Assembly (NCBI RefSeq): GCF_006345805.1
Contig: NC_043013.1
Location: forward strand, 17,918,001 to 17,982,000
Direction: 5' to 3'
DNA: 64,000 nucleotides
Origin: Octopus sinensis
Lineage: Eukaryota
Below, piece by piece: positions 49,515-63,127 of the stretch. A program made the translations under genes and the position numbers. The stretch's first letter is position 1. Each line of letters opens with the position of its first letter. Under the pieces are notes generated by a model, which saw nothing but the letters and a program-made list of their open reading frames with translations, was not told where the DNA came from and ran no database searches.

Positions 49515-51356
49515 GTAAGAAATCATGTTTCTTTTCTTTCCTAATTAGTGTTCATTATTTGTTGTTATTGTAGTTCCAGCTTGGCCCCGATTAAGCAGAC
49601 CAGTGATCAAAGACAGAAAATACATTGTTTACTGTATCATGTTTTTCTAATATATATTAAGGTGATATATGGCTGCTATTTCTAGCAGTTTCAGTGATAT
49701 TTTCTCAGACAAGCCCACATACATATGTGCACTTATATATGTGCATGTGTGCAAGCACACACACAGTGAGCTACCTTGCAGTCTCCATCTACTAATTTCA
49801 CACACAAGACCTTGGGTGTCATGGGGCTAAAGTAGAAAGACACAATGTGATACACAAAGGGACTAAATCTGAAATCACGTAGCTGTTAAGTGAACTTCTG
49901 TACCAGACAACCATGCCTGTGTACTCTACGTAATATCATCATCATCATCATCGTTTAACGTCCGTTCTCCATGCTAGCATGGGTTGGACGGTTCGACCGA
50001 GGATCTGGGAAGCCAGAAGGCTGCACCAGGCTCCAGTCTTATCTGGCAATGTTTCTACAGCTGGATGCCCTTCCTAACGCCAACCACTCCGTGAGTGTAG
50101 TGGGTGCTTTTTACGTGCCACCTGCACAGGTGCCAGTACGTACACACACACACATGCACTATGGTGTTAGCTTTTGGATGATATGTGTATGCTATATATA
50201 TATGTATATATATATATCCTCATTATCATTTAACATCCATTGTCCATGCTGGTATGGATGATTTGACCAGAGCTGGAAACCTGGGGAGCTGCACCAAACT
50301 CCAGTCTGATTTCTCATGGTTTCTACAGCTAGATGACCTACATAATATCAGTGTGTGTGTGTGTGTGTGTAATGCAGGTATAGATGTTATTTTCCAACCA
50401 CCTTTTCTAATTATTTCTTTCTGATGAAGGACTATTGTCTAAAACATCATAGTCCTTTAACATCTGTTTTCCATGCTGGACAATTTGACCAGAACTGGCA
50501 AGCAGGGAGCTGCACTAGTTTCCAATCTGATTTGGCTTGCTTTGTATGCCTAGGTGCCCTTCCTAATGCCAAACCGCTCCCTAGAGTGTTCAGGGTACTT
50601 TCTACATGGTACTAGCACAGGTGCTTTTATGTGATACCAGCATGGATGCTACTACATGGCGGCAGTACAGGTGCTTTCTACATGGCACCAGCATAGGTGC
50701 TTCCTACATTGTGCCAGTACTAGTACTTTTTACATAGTTCCAGCACAGAGGTCTTGCAGGCCAATCCTTTCAGCAAGAGGAATGGCCTTAACACTTCTGC
50801 TGTGGAGTACCAGTCTCCTTGAGTAAAGCAAGGTGCCAGATATTTCAGTCCTTTGTCATTTCCTCTGTAAGGTTCAGTGTCCAGAGATCGACCTTCAGTA
50901 CTTTGTCCCATGTCTTCTTCAGTCTCCCTCTTCCATGAGTTCCATCCACAAGAGTATTTAACTAATACATATTAAAACTTGTCCCCCCTGTGTTCTTTTT
51001 GTTTTCATTGCTTAAGATCTATATACATAAATCTCCACTGATTCACGAGAAACAATAAATTACACGACTCAATACAAATGTAGTTTTCTTTAATACATTA
51101 CAGCTGAAACACTTTGATTCTCAGTACTCCAAGTTGCTCATTTCTGATCTCAGCTGGTAAACCGAACTTGTTTTCTTTTGAATATTCACTATCTGAGATG
51201 AAAGTTTGTAGGAAATGCTTATTGTTAGGTTCTTCCATTTAGAAACCTTTGTGAACAGCATGTGTGAAAATGGCTGCTTCAAGCTCACATTTTGATTTTG
51301 ATTTCTTTTTCTTGTAATGTTATTATAAGCATCATAAGCTCCATACAATTGAAGTC

Positions 51357-51720
51357 ATGTTAGTTAGTTAGTTAGTTAGTTAATTTGGCTCAAAAGCAAA
51401 TAGCAAGGCCATGTAGGGGGACATGGAGTTAAGTACAGGGTGGTCAGGCCACTTGAAGTCAAGGGAGGCTTTGAACAAAGCGGTCGTCAGCATCTTCACC
51501 ATCTCGTCTGGCAGCTTGTTCCACGGATCCGCAACCCGGACGGAGAAAGCTCCTCTCCTTCGATTGAGATGAGATCGTCGCAGGTAGAGCTTTTCGGAAT
51601 GACCCCGCAGCCGACGCTCTGGAGCAGGAGTGAAGAACAGCTCTTTCAAGAGGTTACACTTTCCGCTTATGATGCTGTGGGCGAGAATGAGATCGGCGGT
51701 GGCGTTTTTCTAGAGAAAAG
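51357..51720 (-). mobile_element. CR1/L2-group LINE 3' end with (AACT)n tail
   Basis: ORF 51380-51649 reads RLRGHSEKLYLRRSHLNRRRGAFSVRVADPWNKLP. A (GTTA)n tract on the + strand at about 51357-51383 is the tail. Confidence 0.85.
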
Positions 51721-52249
51721 TGTATTGCTGTTTGAACAATGTTCCAAAATAATAGTTTTAATTAATGTTTTTAAAAACATTAATGTGTGCATATGGGCGC
51801 TTATTTTGCATGCGCCTGTACAGATGCATACATATAGACATATGTACATTCATAGACACACATATATAAACAGAATTATATATTCATGTCATCGTTGTTG
51901 TGGCTGCCCTCAAGGTCAAGGATGATGATCTTTGTTTTTACATAAACACACACACACTCACATATAGGCATACACACTCGTATGCATATTAAACATATAT
52001 CAATAAAATTTATTAAATATTTTGAAAATCAACATTTTTTCCCCTCTGAACAAGAACAAAATTCAATGAGGCTTGTATTAACATAAAAGACATTAACAGT
52101 TCATTTCTTTCATTCAAACTGTTGATGCTTTGAACTAAAATTCTCAGTTTTATGCTCAAACAAAGGTCACACTGCATCTTTGACCTGAAGCTACCATTCC
52201 TGTAAGGTTGCACATAATCTACATCAGACTAGGTAATTTTGAATTCATG

Positions 52250-53520
52250 AGGACTGAACAACAAGTGCACTAAGTTTATCTAGTTCGACATTTCTAGTTA
52301 CTATTCCTCTGTTAACCCAATTGTACTCAACAAATCACTCTGGTTCGCACACAACAAAGCAGGTCTCACCAGGGATGAAATTAATGTCATGTTAGCTGCC
52401 AGAAAATCAATCATTAAATTTGAAAAGACGCTGTGGGTCCGTAAAGATACGTTTGAAAGTTTTGATGTCATGATGGGAAGTTCTGACTCAGCACAATTGG
52501 CTGATTTGGTTGGTATATATAACCTTTATGAGATGGCTGACCAATTCCCAAACATCGGTGGGGGTTTATATCGTGATGATTGTCTACTCTACCTTCAAAA
52601 TGCTTCTAACCAAAAATTACAAAAGATTAAAAATAGTTTGGTTAAATTTTTCCAAAACATGGGCTTAGGCATTGTTTTCGATGATAATATAACTAAAGTC
52701 AGCTTTTTCTTTATTACCCTTAACTTATATAATGATTCATATTTCCCATACCATAAACTCCCCTCAACTAATTAAAAATATATTTGCTCTTTCAGTAATC
52801 ATTCAAAGGCTATTACAAGGAATTTAGTTAGAAATATTTCACTTAGACTTTCTAGATCATCTGCGAATGTTGATATCTTCAACGATAAAGCTGAATTTTA
52901 TAACTCTGCCTCACTTAAAGCAGGCTATAAAGAAAAAAATTACCTATATTAACCCTATTGACATTAATTTTACCTCTATTAATCAGGACATGATAACATG
53001 TTATAACGGTAATAACATAAATTTTAGTTCGAATGACAACACTAAATCGAAAAATGTAATTTTGCAGCGTAAGGGAGATAACCGTTCTTTATGTTTCTTT
53101 TTAAGTTATAAAAATAAATCTAGAACATTTAAAGATAATTACCCTAATAACAAGATATGTCCTAGTAAAACTGTTTGGTTGATAATTCTATATGGTAAGC
53201 ATATTAAATCTAACCTCCCTTACCAGTTTTATAAAGCTATAGATAAGAATTTCCCCAAAAATTCAAGATACCATTCCATTATCAATTCACACCAAATTAG
53301 AACTGGGTTTTCAAGCACCGAAAACCTTTCACAAATCATCTCTTCGAATAACAATATGTTGTTAAATACAAATCCACTTAATGAAAATAATAACGTTGAT
53401 ATTATTAACACTAACCATTCTTTGAACAGTAATAACAACGATATTAGTATTTCTGATATAAATTCGAATCACATTTGTTTCCTTAGCAGTAATTCTAAGG
53501 GTTCCAGGTAAATTCCACCA
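52250..53520 (+). mobile_element. Penelope-like element RT fragment in DRG2 intron 2
   Basis: FDVMMGSSDSAQLADLVGIYNL...GGLYRDDCLL...YFPYHK, with further degenerate PLE-like frames downstream. Confidence 0.8.
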
Positions 53521-54085
53521 TGGTTAATTCCACCCGCTAATAATCACCGTGGTCAGTTTCTCTAGACTGTGGGTCAATTCCTAAGTTATTTAATCTGTCT
53601 ATCTCTCAAGTCTTAAGAAGAGAGAGAGTGAGTCTGAAGGTGAGATAGAAATTAATCTTTATAATGTACTTATTATTATTATTTACTGAAGTCAACTTTA
53701 CCTTTCATTTTTTGGGGGCTGATAAAATAAGTACTGATCAATTACTGGGGGTCAATGTAATTGGCTACCCCTTCCCCACCCACCAAATTTCAGGCTTTGT
53801 GCTTAAAGTAGAAAGAATTATTCTTATTCTTATTCTTATTATTATTATAGAATCATTAGCACACATGGCAAAATGCTTTGTAGCATGTTGTTCGTCTTGA
53901 CATTCTGTGCTCAAATTCCACCCAGGTCGACTTTGTCTTTCATCCTTTCAGGGTTGATAAATTAAGTACCAGTGAAACACTGGGGTTGATGTAATCAACT
54001 AGTCCCCTCCCCTGAAACTTCAGGCCTTGCACCTATAATAGAAAGGATTATCATCATCATCATCATCATTATTATTATTTTTCAG

Positions 54086-54157
54086 GGTGAAGGTTTTGAT
54101 GTTATGAAATCAGGTGATGCCCGGATTGCTCTCATCGGTTTCCCATCAGTTGGAAAG
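54086..54157 (+). CDS. DRG2: DRG2 exon 3 (G1/P-loop)
   Basis: [31 protein letters not shown] acceptor, GTAACT donor. Confidence 0.96.
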
Positions 54158-55160
54158 GTAACTTCAAAACTTTTTTAATGCTATTTGATTGATTATTGAT
54201 TATTAAGTGTTCCCCTAGGGGCATCTATGATTGTGTAGTTAAGAAGCTTGCATGAATTCACAAGGTTTTCGGTTCATTCCCACTGTGCAGCACCCTGGAC
54301 AAATGTCCACTATAGAGCCAGGCTGACCAATGTGAATGAATTTGGTTGACAGAGACTGTAGAAGCCCGTTGTGTATGTGCATGTGTGTGTTTGTGTTTGC
54401 CCCCCCCCCTACCACCTGAATGTTGCTTTGTTTACATCCCCATCACTTAGTCGTTTCTCAAAAAAGGCTGTCAGAATAAGTACCCAAGTTAGAAAATAAG
54501 TACTGGGGGTCAATTTATTTGACTAAACCCTTCATTGCAATGCCCAAGCATGGCCTCAGTTCCATGACTGAAACAAGTAAAAGATAAAAGGTAGCTTTGT
54601 TGGGATTTCTGATATGGATATTTTTATAGTAATGTTGATATTGGCCATACTTCCTACTCTCAAATTTCAGTAAATTTACTGTAGGGCAGTTCCTACCATC
54701 TCCACTTCTCCAGAAGTTGATGATGTCTCAGTCAAAGAGGAAAGACTCTATTTCCAGTCTTTCTTTTAATTTTGATCACCATCCAATTTCTTTTGTCACA
54801 GCTAGATTACCCTACCGGGGCTTTTACCCTTATTCGATGCAGCAGCTACAGACTGGAAGGGGCTTCACAGTAGGCCCCACACGAGATGACTGTACGTACT
54901 GATCTTCTGCTTTGTTGCAGTAACCTTCAAACTGATGGTTTAGGTTTCCTCTGCCTTGTCAGTTATCCAATTTCTTGCTACCAACATCTTCACCATATCC
55001 TGAGATGGGAAGCTAAGGGGTTGCTAGCACTTGCCCAAGGCGTCACCCCAGTCTACGGATGGAAGGGGTGACTTACTCTCCCTTTCACAGCTTGCCACAG
55101 TTGTGGGTGCTGTACTCTCCTGAATGTTTATATCATTTCATCTCAGTTGGTATTTCATTG

Positions 55161-55221
<61 letters not shown>

Positions 55222-55848
55222 CAGTGAGGTGGTAGAATTGTTGGCACACTGGGTAAAATGCTTAGCGACATTTTGCCCGTCCTTATGTTCTGAGTTCAAA
55301 TTCTGCCGAGATCAACTTTGCCTGTCATCCTTTCGGGATCAATTAATCAACAAGTTCCTTTCTCCCAAATTTCAGGCCTTGTGTCTTTAGTAGAAAGGAT
55401 TATTATTACTATAATTATTATTATTTGCCTTTCATTCTTTTGTGGTTGATAAAATAAGTACCAGTTGAACATTGGGATTGATGTGATCGACTTAATCCCC
55501 TTCACTCGAAATTGCTGGCCTTGTGCCAAAATTTGAAATCATTATTGTTATTAAGGTGGCCAGCTGCCAGAGTTGTCAACATGCTGGACAGAATTCTCGG
55601 CAGCATTTAGCCTGTCTCTACATTCTGACTTCAAATTCCACCAAGGTCATCTTTGCTTTCATCCTTTTGGGGTCAGTGAAATAAATACTAGTCAAACACT
55701 GGGTTTGATGGAATCAATTTACCCCCCCCCCCAAAAAAAAAAGTTGCTGGCTTTGTCAAAAATTTGAAACCATTAACATTATTGTTTGTTCTTCCTGTGA
55801 TAATTCTTGCATTTGATTCTTTTTTTTTTTTTCAAACCTCTCATCCAG

Positions 55849-55938
55849 TCAACAATTCTAAATATCTTAACCAAAACCCACAGTGAATCTGCTTCCTATG
55901 AATTCACCACATTGACATGTATTCCTGGTGTTATTGAG
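55849..55938 (+). CDS. DRG2: DRG2 exon 4 (G2)
   Basis: STILNILTKTHSESASYEFTTLTCIPGVIE, then a GTAAGT donor. Confidence 0.96.
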
Positions 55939-56521
55939 GTAAGTTAAACATATCTTTTGACAACCCACAATCAGTTTATTTCTGTCCTTCCTTAGCACAT
56001 TTTTACTAATGTCTCATAACACATCAACCTGTTGAGCCAGTATTGATGCTGGTCAGTACTGGCCTTTTCACAAAATGCTCAGATTTTCCAGTGATTTGAT
56101 TCTAGTTTTAGTACATCAGAGAACACAAGCAAGAGCTTGCCCCTTCCGATTGTTGGAAAGACTGTTTGTCTACTTGAGTAACTTTCTTAGGAACCCTTAA
56201 TCATATCTTAGATTCTTAATGAGCTAACAAATGCATTTTAGTCCTTTCTGTTAATTCTCTTGCCTGCAACATTTTTAAGATAATGCTGTCTTAGATGGAT
56301 TATGTTTTGAAAAAACAAGGTCAGAATTAAAGCATCTCTGAGTGAAGATCTGCAGATCACAACTGGCCTAGGGCTAAACAACAGGCTGATCAAGCATTCC
56401 TCTGATATGGATAATGAGTGCTGGGTGGAAAAACCACTGTATTGTATTTTGAGCAAAACACACATCTCTGCTTATTTTAGTTTGTGTAACCAACAATAAA
56501 AAGAGGTTCATTTCTCTAGAT

Positions 56522-56783
56522 CAGTGTTTCTTAGCCACTTTTTGCCTGTAGACCCTTTTGATTCTTATTTTATTCGGCCTGACTCCTAAAGCCATTCAAT
56601 GTTCAAAAAAAAAAAAATCATATATTTTTATAATTGAATATTATTAAAAATTGTATAAAAAGAAATTGTTAAAATATTTTGTGTATTGTAGAAATATATA
56701 ACCAATTTATTGCAGATAAATTTCAAAAGCAAAAACTTGTATGGACCCCCAAGAGCCATATGGATCCCGGTTGAGAACCACTG
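56522..56783. mobile_element. hAT (Charlie-type) MITE with perfect 8-bp TSD
   Basis: TIRs CAGTGTTTCTTAGCC and GGTTGAGAACCACTG. CTCTAGAT occurs at 56514-56521 and 56784-56791. Confidence 0.9.
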
Positions 56784-58288
56784 CTCTAGATTATGGTCAA
56801 GTCTGGTGCCAACGTATTCAGAGGTCTCGGCTGGTCCTAAAATGTACACCTCCTTTTCCAATATTTTTTCTACAAATTCCTCTAGCCATCATCCTCTTTA
56901 AACCAACTTACAAATGCAGTTGGAAAATTATAATTAACTTGTGAACAAGAACTCTATAGTTTTATTATCATGTATATTAACGAGATAACTTGATGTCTGG
57001 CATGTAGCACAGCATGCACCTATACTGATTTGATGGAGGGTGTAAGCTAATGTGCAACACAAACGTTTGATCTCTATAAACAGATCATCTATGGAAGTTG
57101 TTCAGCAAATGTTGTGGAACTCTCATCTAGGAGAGTCCACCATGTCAATGAGAAAATCTGTTCTCTGATGAAATTTGAAATGGTTCATGGCAAATAATGT
57201 GACAGCTCATAACAGAGCAAAGCCCTCTAGTTTTCTTTGCTGCACCCCCACCACTGTATCTCACCTTCTACTCTTTCTTCCTTGGTTCCACCTTACTTGC
57301 CTTCTTAATTACTAAGTTTACAATTTTCTCTTTTTGCTTGTTTCAGTCATTAGACTGTGGCCATGCTTGAGGAATTTTTTTAGTCAAATGCATTAACCCC
57401 CAGTACTTATATTCTTTTTCAGCCTGGTACTTAATCTTTGTCTCTTTTGCCAAACCATTAAGTTACAGGGACTTATAGACACCAACACTGGTTGCCAAGC
57501 GGGGGTGGTGGTGGTGGTGGGACAAACTTAGATACAAAGACACACATCATCATCATCATTTAATACATATATATGATGTGTTTCTTGCAGTTTCCATCTA
57601 CCAAATCCACTCACAAGGCTTTGGTCATCCTAAGGCTATTGTAGAAGACACATTCCTAAAGTGCCACACAATGGGACTGAACCCAGAACCATGTGGTTGG
57701 AAAGCAAGCTTCTTACCACACAGTCATGCCTGAAGAAATTTTGTATAAGTTGTTCAGTATTTGTGTGGTACTCCTCAGATTTAGCTGTCCTGAGCTGTTG
57801 CCTTTTTTTGCCTCAGTGTGTAGAGCAGCACCGACCTTTTCTGGTTAAAGATGATTGATTAGAAGTAGGAACAGCAATCAGGTGTAAAAACAGTCATTCT
57901 GCTACAAATACTTGTCCCACCTGCACAGGTATGGAATGTGTTTTAACAGGATTGAAACCAAATATATTGTTGGTTAACCCCAAGTGAGTCTAAATCCAGC
58001 AGCCCTAAAATGAAAGGTATTCCAGTAATGATCATCACATCTGTTATTCAGACAATATTTCTGGGCCTACATTATCCAATGCATTCTTATTTAAGAAGAT
58101 AGACCTGAACTTGAGAGTGATTTGACTGCTATTTCTAGCAGGTCGAATGACTTTATAGAGATTCCTTTGTATCTTCTTCATTTGAGTACTTTTCTTTTCC
58201 GGCCAAATTTCCACAATGTCACACTTCAAGCAATATAAGCTGTAATGTCTAAGTTGGTGCATTAAATTGTAAAACTCTTTATTTTCAG

Positions 58289-58349
58289 TACAACGGAGCA
58301 AATATTCAACTTTTAGATTTACCTGGTATTATTGAAGGAGCTGCACAAG
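58289..58349 (+). CDS. DRG2: DRG2 exon 5 (G3 DxxG)
   Basis: YNGANIQLLDLPGIIEGAAQ, then a GTAAGT donor. Confidence 0.96.
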
Positions 58350-58654
58350 GTAAGTTGTTGTTTTGTTGCTATGTTTGCTTGACCATTTGTGGCACCACTA
58401 GAAAAAAATGTGGTCTGTGAGAGGATATGCTGGTATGTTGTCACATCTTTGTAATCAGTTGTGGTACTACTAGAGAAATTCTGGTCTGTGAGAGGGTGTA
58501 GAAATTTTTGTTTTGACTCGGAATTGGTTTGATTGAGGTTAGCCACTGATTTTAAGCTTGCAGTGGCAGGGCTGGTAGAATTGATAGAATCAGTAGGAGA
58601 GAGATAATTGATATTTTTCATGGTTTATTCAGGGAAGAGAGACCAGTGCACGTG

Positions 58655-58691
<37 letters not shown>

Positions 58692-59289
58692 AGACAGGTG
58701 GGAGAAGGATCTTGATATCCCCTGTCTAGAGGTCTTGTTAAAATGCTTTCAACAGAGTGGGTTCTGTTAAAGACAACCTAGGATCATGTAATAGTTAAAC
58801 CAAGTAATGATTAAATCTATCAGATAAGAACAGCTACAGTCCGTGTGACCTCCCACACACTTCCTGTTTATGAAATTTCACTTTAAAAGGATTGGGTTGG
58901 TTCAAGGCTACAATTGACATTTGTTTGAAGTCCAGGAAGTACTCATGTGAATGTTTAGCAAACTTTTTGACCCTTAAGCTATGCCTGCTCCTTAGGGGTT
59001 TTTACTTCTAACTGAAATAATATTTAAGCTGACCTTTGGCTCTGTCCATAATGATGATGTCTTTATACAGATACAAGGCCACACATTAGCTACGGAAAAA
59101 TATCTTGTTTCCAGCATTTGGTTATTTCTAATCAACAAAAGTATCAATCAATCGGTATTAACTATAATGTTATATTTTCATGACCTCTATATGTGTTTGT
59201 TTTTGTGTGTGTGTAAATTATTTTTAATAGTTTTTTTTTTTGTAAATTAATTCATTATTTTTGTTTCTTTTTGTGTGTCACCTATGCAG

Positions 59290-59380
59290 GTAGAGGTCGA
59301 GGTCGACAGGTAATTGCTGTTGCAAGGACAGCAGATCTTGTTGTCATAATGCTGGATGCTACAAAAGGAGATATTCAAAG
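59290..59380 (+). CDS. DRG2: DRG2 exon 6
   Basis: (G)[29 protein letters not shown](R). Confidence 0.96.
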
Positions 59381-60494
59381 GTAAAAATTATATGTGTGTG
59401 TAATTTGTTGGTATATTTCTAACAACATAAAGCAGTGAGTTGGCAGAATTGTTAACATGTGGGCAAAATGCTAAGCAGCATTTTGTCTGTCTTCATGATC
59501 TGAGTTCAAATTCCACCAAGGTTGACTTTACCTTTCATCCTTTCGGAGTTGATAAAATAAGTACCAAGGGAACATGGGTATCAATATAATTGATTTACTC
59601 CTCCCTCGAAATTGCTGGCCATGTGCCACACTTTGAAACCAATACTTCGAATAACATGTTTGTATTGTGTGTGTTAGGTGTTTGTGACAAAGCAAGTTTT
59701 AATGTTAAATTGTACATGTAAAGAGGAGACATAGAGGCAGGTAGACACATACAGAGAGAGAAGTGTGAGGGAGGGATAAATAGAAGATAGACAATTTTTT
59801 CCAGAATAACCTTTACATAGACACACCATCCATCCATCAAGCAAGCAAGCAACTGACCAAACGACCAACCAACGACCTACACAATCAATACAACATATAC
59901 ACATGTGAGCTATCTATCATCCTTCTTATCTCCTGTATATGTCTGCTCTCTCTCACCTTCACATGGATGGTTTAGCATTAAAACTTTAACAAGATTCATT
60001 TTGCTTTATCTTCATATCTTCTTTGCTATTTTATCCCCTTGTCTTGTCATATTACTACCTATAATATGCATATGTGTCTATATGTATGTTAATATATGTA
60101 CATCTCTTGGTGCTGTTTCACTATTAACCCACATAGCACCACACAGCAGACCTGAAATGTCAGCTTTTCATTGACTCTTTTCACATGGACCATGTATGAA
60201 CTGCCGTCTTTTCATTGATCCTTTGACACGACTAAATATTGATTATACATGTAAATATGAAGATAGAAACACTACATGTTTTCAGTGCCATATGTTTGTT
60301 TTTCGTAACAAATGATGCAAAAATAAATATGTGAAATGTATGTGAAAACAGCATCATCATCTTCCTCATTGTCATCACCATCATTATTGCCACCCTCCTC
60401 CTCATCCCACCCTCCTCTTTGTTTCCTTCCACCTCTTCCTCCACTGTTTCTAATGACTCCTTTTTCATGTATATGTTCGTTTGTTTTTATGCAG

Positions 60495-60567
60495 GGAACT
60501 TCTAGAAAATGAACTTGAGTCTGTAGGAATCCGATTGAACCGAAAGAAACCTAATATATATTTCAAA
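60495..60567 (+). CDS. DRG2: DRG2 exon 7
   Basis: (R)ELLENELESVGIRLNRKKPNIYFK, then a GTAAGT donor. Confidence 0.96.
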
Positions 60568-60695
60568 GTAAGTGCCACATTACCATTTTCTCTGTTGATG
60601 TGCTGAATTCTTTGTTTCTTTAGTATTTCTTGAAAGACTTGTTAATGTCACAATAGAAGAGCTACAGTTTGCTGATAGATTACTTCAAACTAATC

Positions 60696-60825
60696 TTGAC
60701 AAGTTTTACGACTATACCCTCTACGATTCTTTCAACTCTCTCAGGCCCTTTCCTAATCAGTTGACAAGTTTTACGACTATACCCTCTACGATTCTTTCAA
60801 CTCTCTCAGGCCCTTTCCTAATCAG
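60696..60825. repeat. Perfect 65-bp tandem duplication
   Basis: TTGACAAGTTTTACGACTATACCCTCTACGATTCTTTCAACTCTCTCAGGCCCTTTCCTAATCAG x2. Confidence 0.95.
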
Positions 60826-61419
60826 ACAATGCTCTTTGGTCTTAGATTTTGATATACAAAGATTTGATAAACAACACTATAAATTAAAACCAACCCAAAA
60901 ATCATTGACAAGCTAGGGCTCTAACAGGGTTTTTCCTGAAGCCTTATTAGCTTCTAAGCTGAAGTGAATACAGCATGGACTTTGTCTGTCTTCTTACCCT
61001 CTTAGATCATTTAGGTAAAATTATACAAATGTATCCGACTGATTAAATAAATTCTATTTATTTTATTTATTTATGCAGCTGAGGATAGCTCTGCTTTTAA
61101 ATTGATGTAATGATTGCATTGTTCTATTAAATGGAGTCACTTGAAACGATCGTACTGCATCACCTCTGGATATCCTGTTGCTTATTTTGATTTTATTCAC
61201 CTTTTTTGAAACTGTACCGATAATTCCGCACTAATTTTTGGTGCCTCAACTTAAGTACCTAATTCATCTGAATCTCAATTATATATATATTTGTCATCAT
61301 CATCATTTAACGTCTGTTTTCCATGCTAGCATGGGTTTAACAGGAGCTGGCAAGCCAGAGAACTGCACCAAGCTCCACCGTCTATTTTGGCATGGTTTTT
61401 AAGGTTGGATGCTCTTTTA

Positions 61420-61467
<48 letters not shown>

Positions 61468-61993
61468 TCTGACTGTCTTTCTCCCACCTGTCTTCTTTGT
61501 CCTCCTGGGTTGGCCAAGTATCTCCTCTAAAGTAAAACAACTATCCCTTTCCCTCTTTTATATGCTTACCTTTCACCTGGCACAGCCACCTCTCTTGGTT
61601 CCATTCCACTTCTCAACTAAGTGGTCTTTGTCTTGCAAGTTATTTGGCAACCTCACTGATGTTGGTGACATGTAAAAAGCACCTGTGCAGGTGCCACATA
61701 AAAAAGCACCTGTGCAGGTGCCACATAAAAAAACACCTGTGCTGGTGCTAGGTGCCATGTAAAAAACACTTTTCCAGTTTTTAAAAAAAACACATGTTCC
61801 ACATGAAAAGCACCCCTGCTGGGGCCACTTAATAGCACCCAATGCACTCTGTAAAGTGGTTGCCATTAGGAAGGGCATCCAGCTGTAGAAACCATGTCAA
61901 ACACACGACTCGAGTCTAGTACAGCTCTTCAGCTTGCCAGCATGGAAAACGAACATTAAATGATGAGGATGATGATGATGATATGGATATGTA

Positions 61994-62866
61994 TGTGGTC
62001 TGATCAATAAGCTTAAGGCCTGTTGCTATAGTAATGAAGCTAAAGCATGGAGAGTGAAGCTGTTAAGCACAGATTGACCTTGAACACTGCTGTGCATGTG
62101 CAGTAAGTTATAACATTCTAGCTCATTTTTGTTGTTTACAGCAATGTTTGAAAGGAAGGTGTGTAGCATGCGATTGTCGCTTTGACAATAACATAGAAAG
62201 TTGAGCAGAGAATCTGCATCAAATTTTGCCAAAAGCTTGGTGATACCTGCTCAGAGGCCTATACAAAGCTTTCAAAAAGTTTTCATCGTTCTTGACACAA
62301 TCAAGATCTTGTGTAACTGAAACCCAAGTATCTTTTTGGTCAGCTGAAAGCAGTTTTGGCACAAACTTGGCAGACATGCATCTCATACCCAAATCTTCAG
62401 TGATAACAGACTGAACTGAACCATAACTAATCTGCACATCCTCTGATAACTCATGGACAGTGATTTGATGATTTCCCCTCACAGCTGCACACACATCAGC
62501 AATGTTTTTCTCAGTTCTGCTGGTTGCGAGTCTCTGAGAACATTCGACAATATCAACATTTTTTTGGCCATCTTGGAGACATCTGAACCATTTGTACACT
62601 CCTCTCCATACACTTTCTACAACTTTGTGTAGGCCTCTGAGCAGGCATCACCATGAGAAGTTTCTCTGTTGTGATCAATACAACGATCACATGCTACACA
62701 CCTTCCTTCCAAGTACTGCTGTAAACAGCAGAAGTGAGCTAGAATGTTAAAACTTAGTGCGCATGCACAGCAGAGTTCAAGGTAAATTTGTCCCAAGCAG
62801 CTTCATACTGCATGTTTTAACTTTGTTACTACGGCAACAGTCCGGATACTTATTGATCAGACCTCA
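61994..62866 (-). mobile_element. Mariner derivative with TA TSD and extended (about 270 bp) inverted arms
   Basis: TA|TGTGGTCTGATCAATAAG ... CTTATTGATCAGACCTCA|TA. ORF 62219-62599 is an N-terminal transposase piece (...HELSEDVQISYGSVQSVITEDLGMRCMSAKFVPKLL). Confidence 0.88.
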
Positions 62867-63127
62867 TATGCATGTGTTATGTCTCTTGTTTTGACTTCAT
62901 GTGATAGTTGTAAACAAGTGCTGCCATCATACAAGTGGTTGCCTTTGTTTTCAGTCTTCTGTAAGTACATGTTTGAGCGAGGAAATAAGTGAATATTGAT
63001 GACAGGAAGGTTATCTGGCCATAGAAAATCTGCTCACCGAAATCTGTCTGATCCATGTTAAAACGGAAAAGTGGAGATGTTAAGATGATGACGGTTTACT
63101 AAATCTTATCTTCTGTTATATTTTCAG

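Noticed and set aside
51121-51348. Possible second Helitron helicase tail (LKQPFSHMLFTKVSKWKNLTI)
   Set aside because: The key GQLYVA.SR residues are missing, so the similarity may be coincidental.
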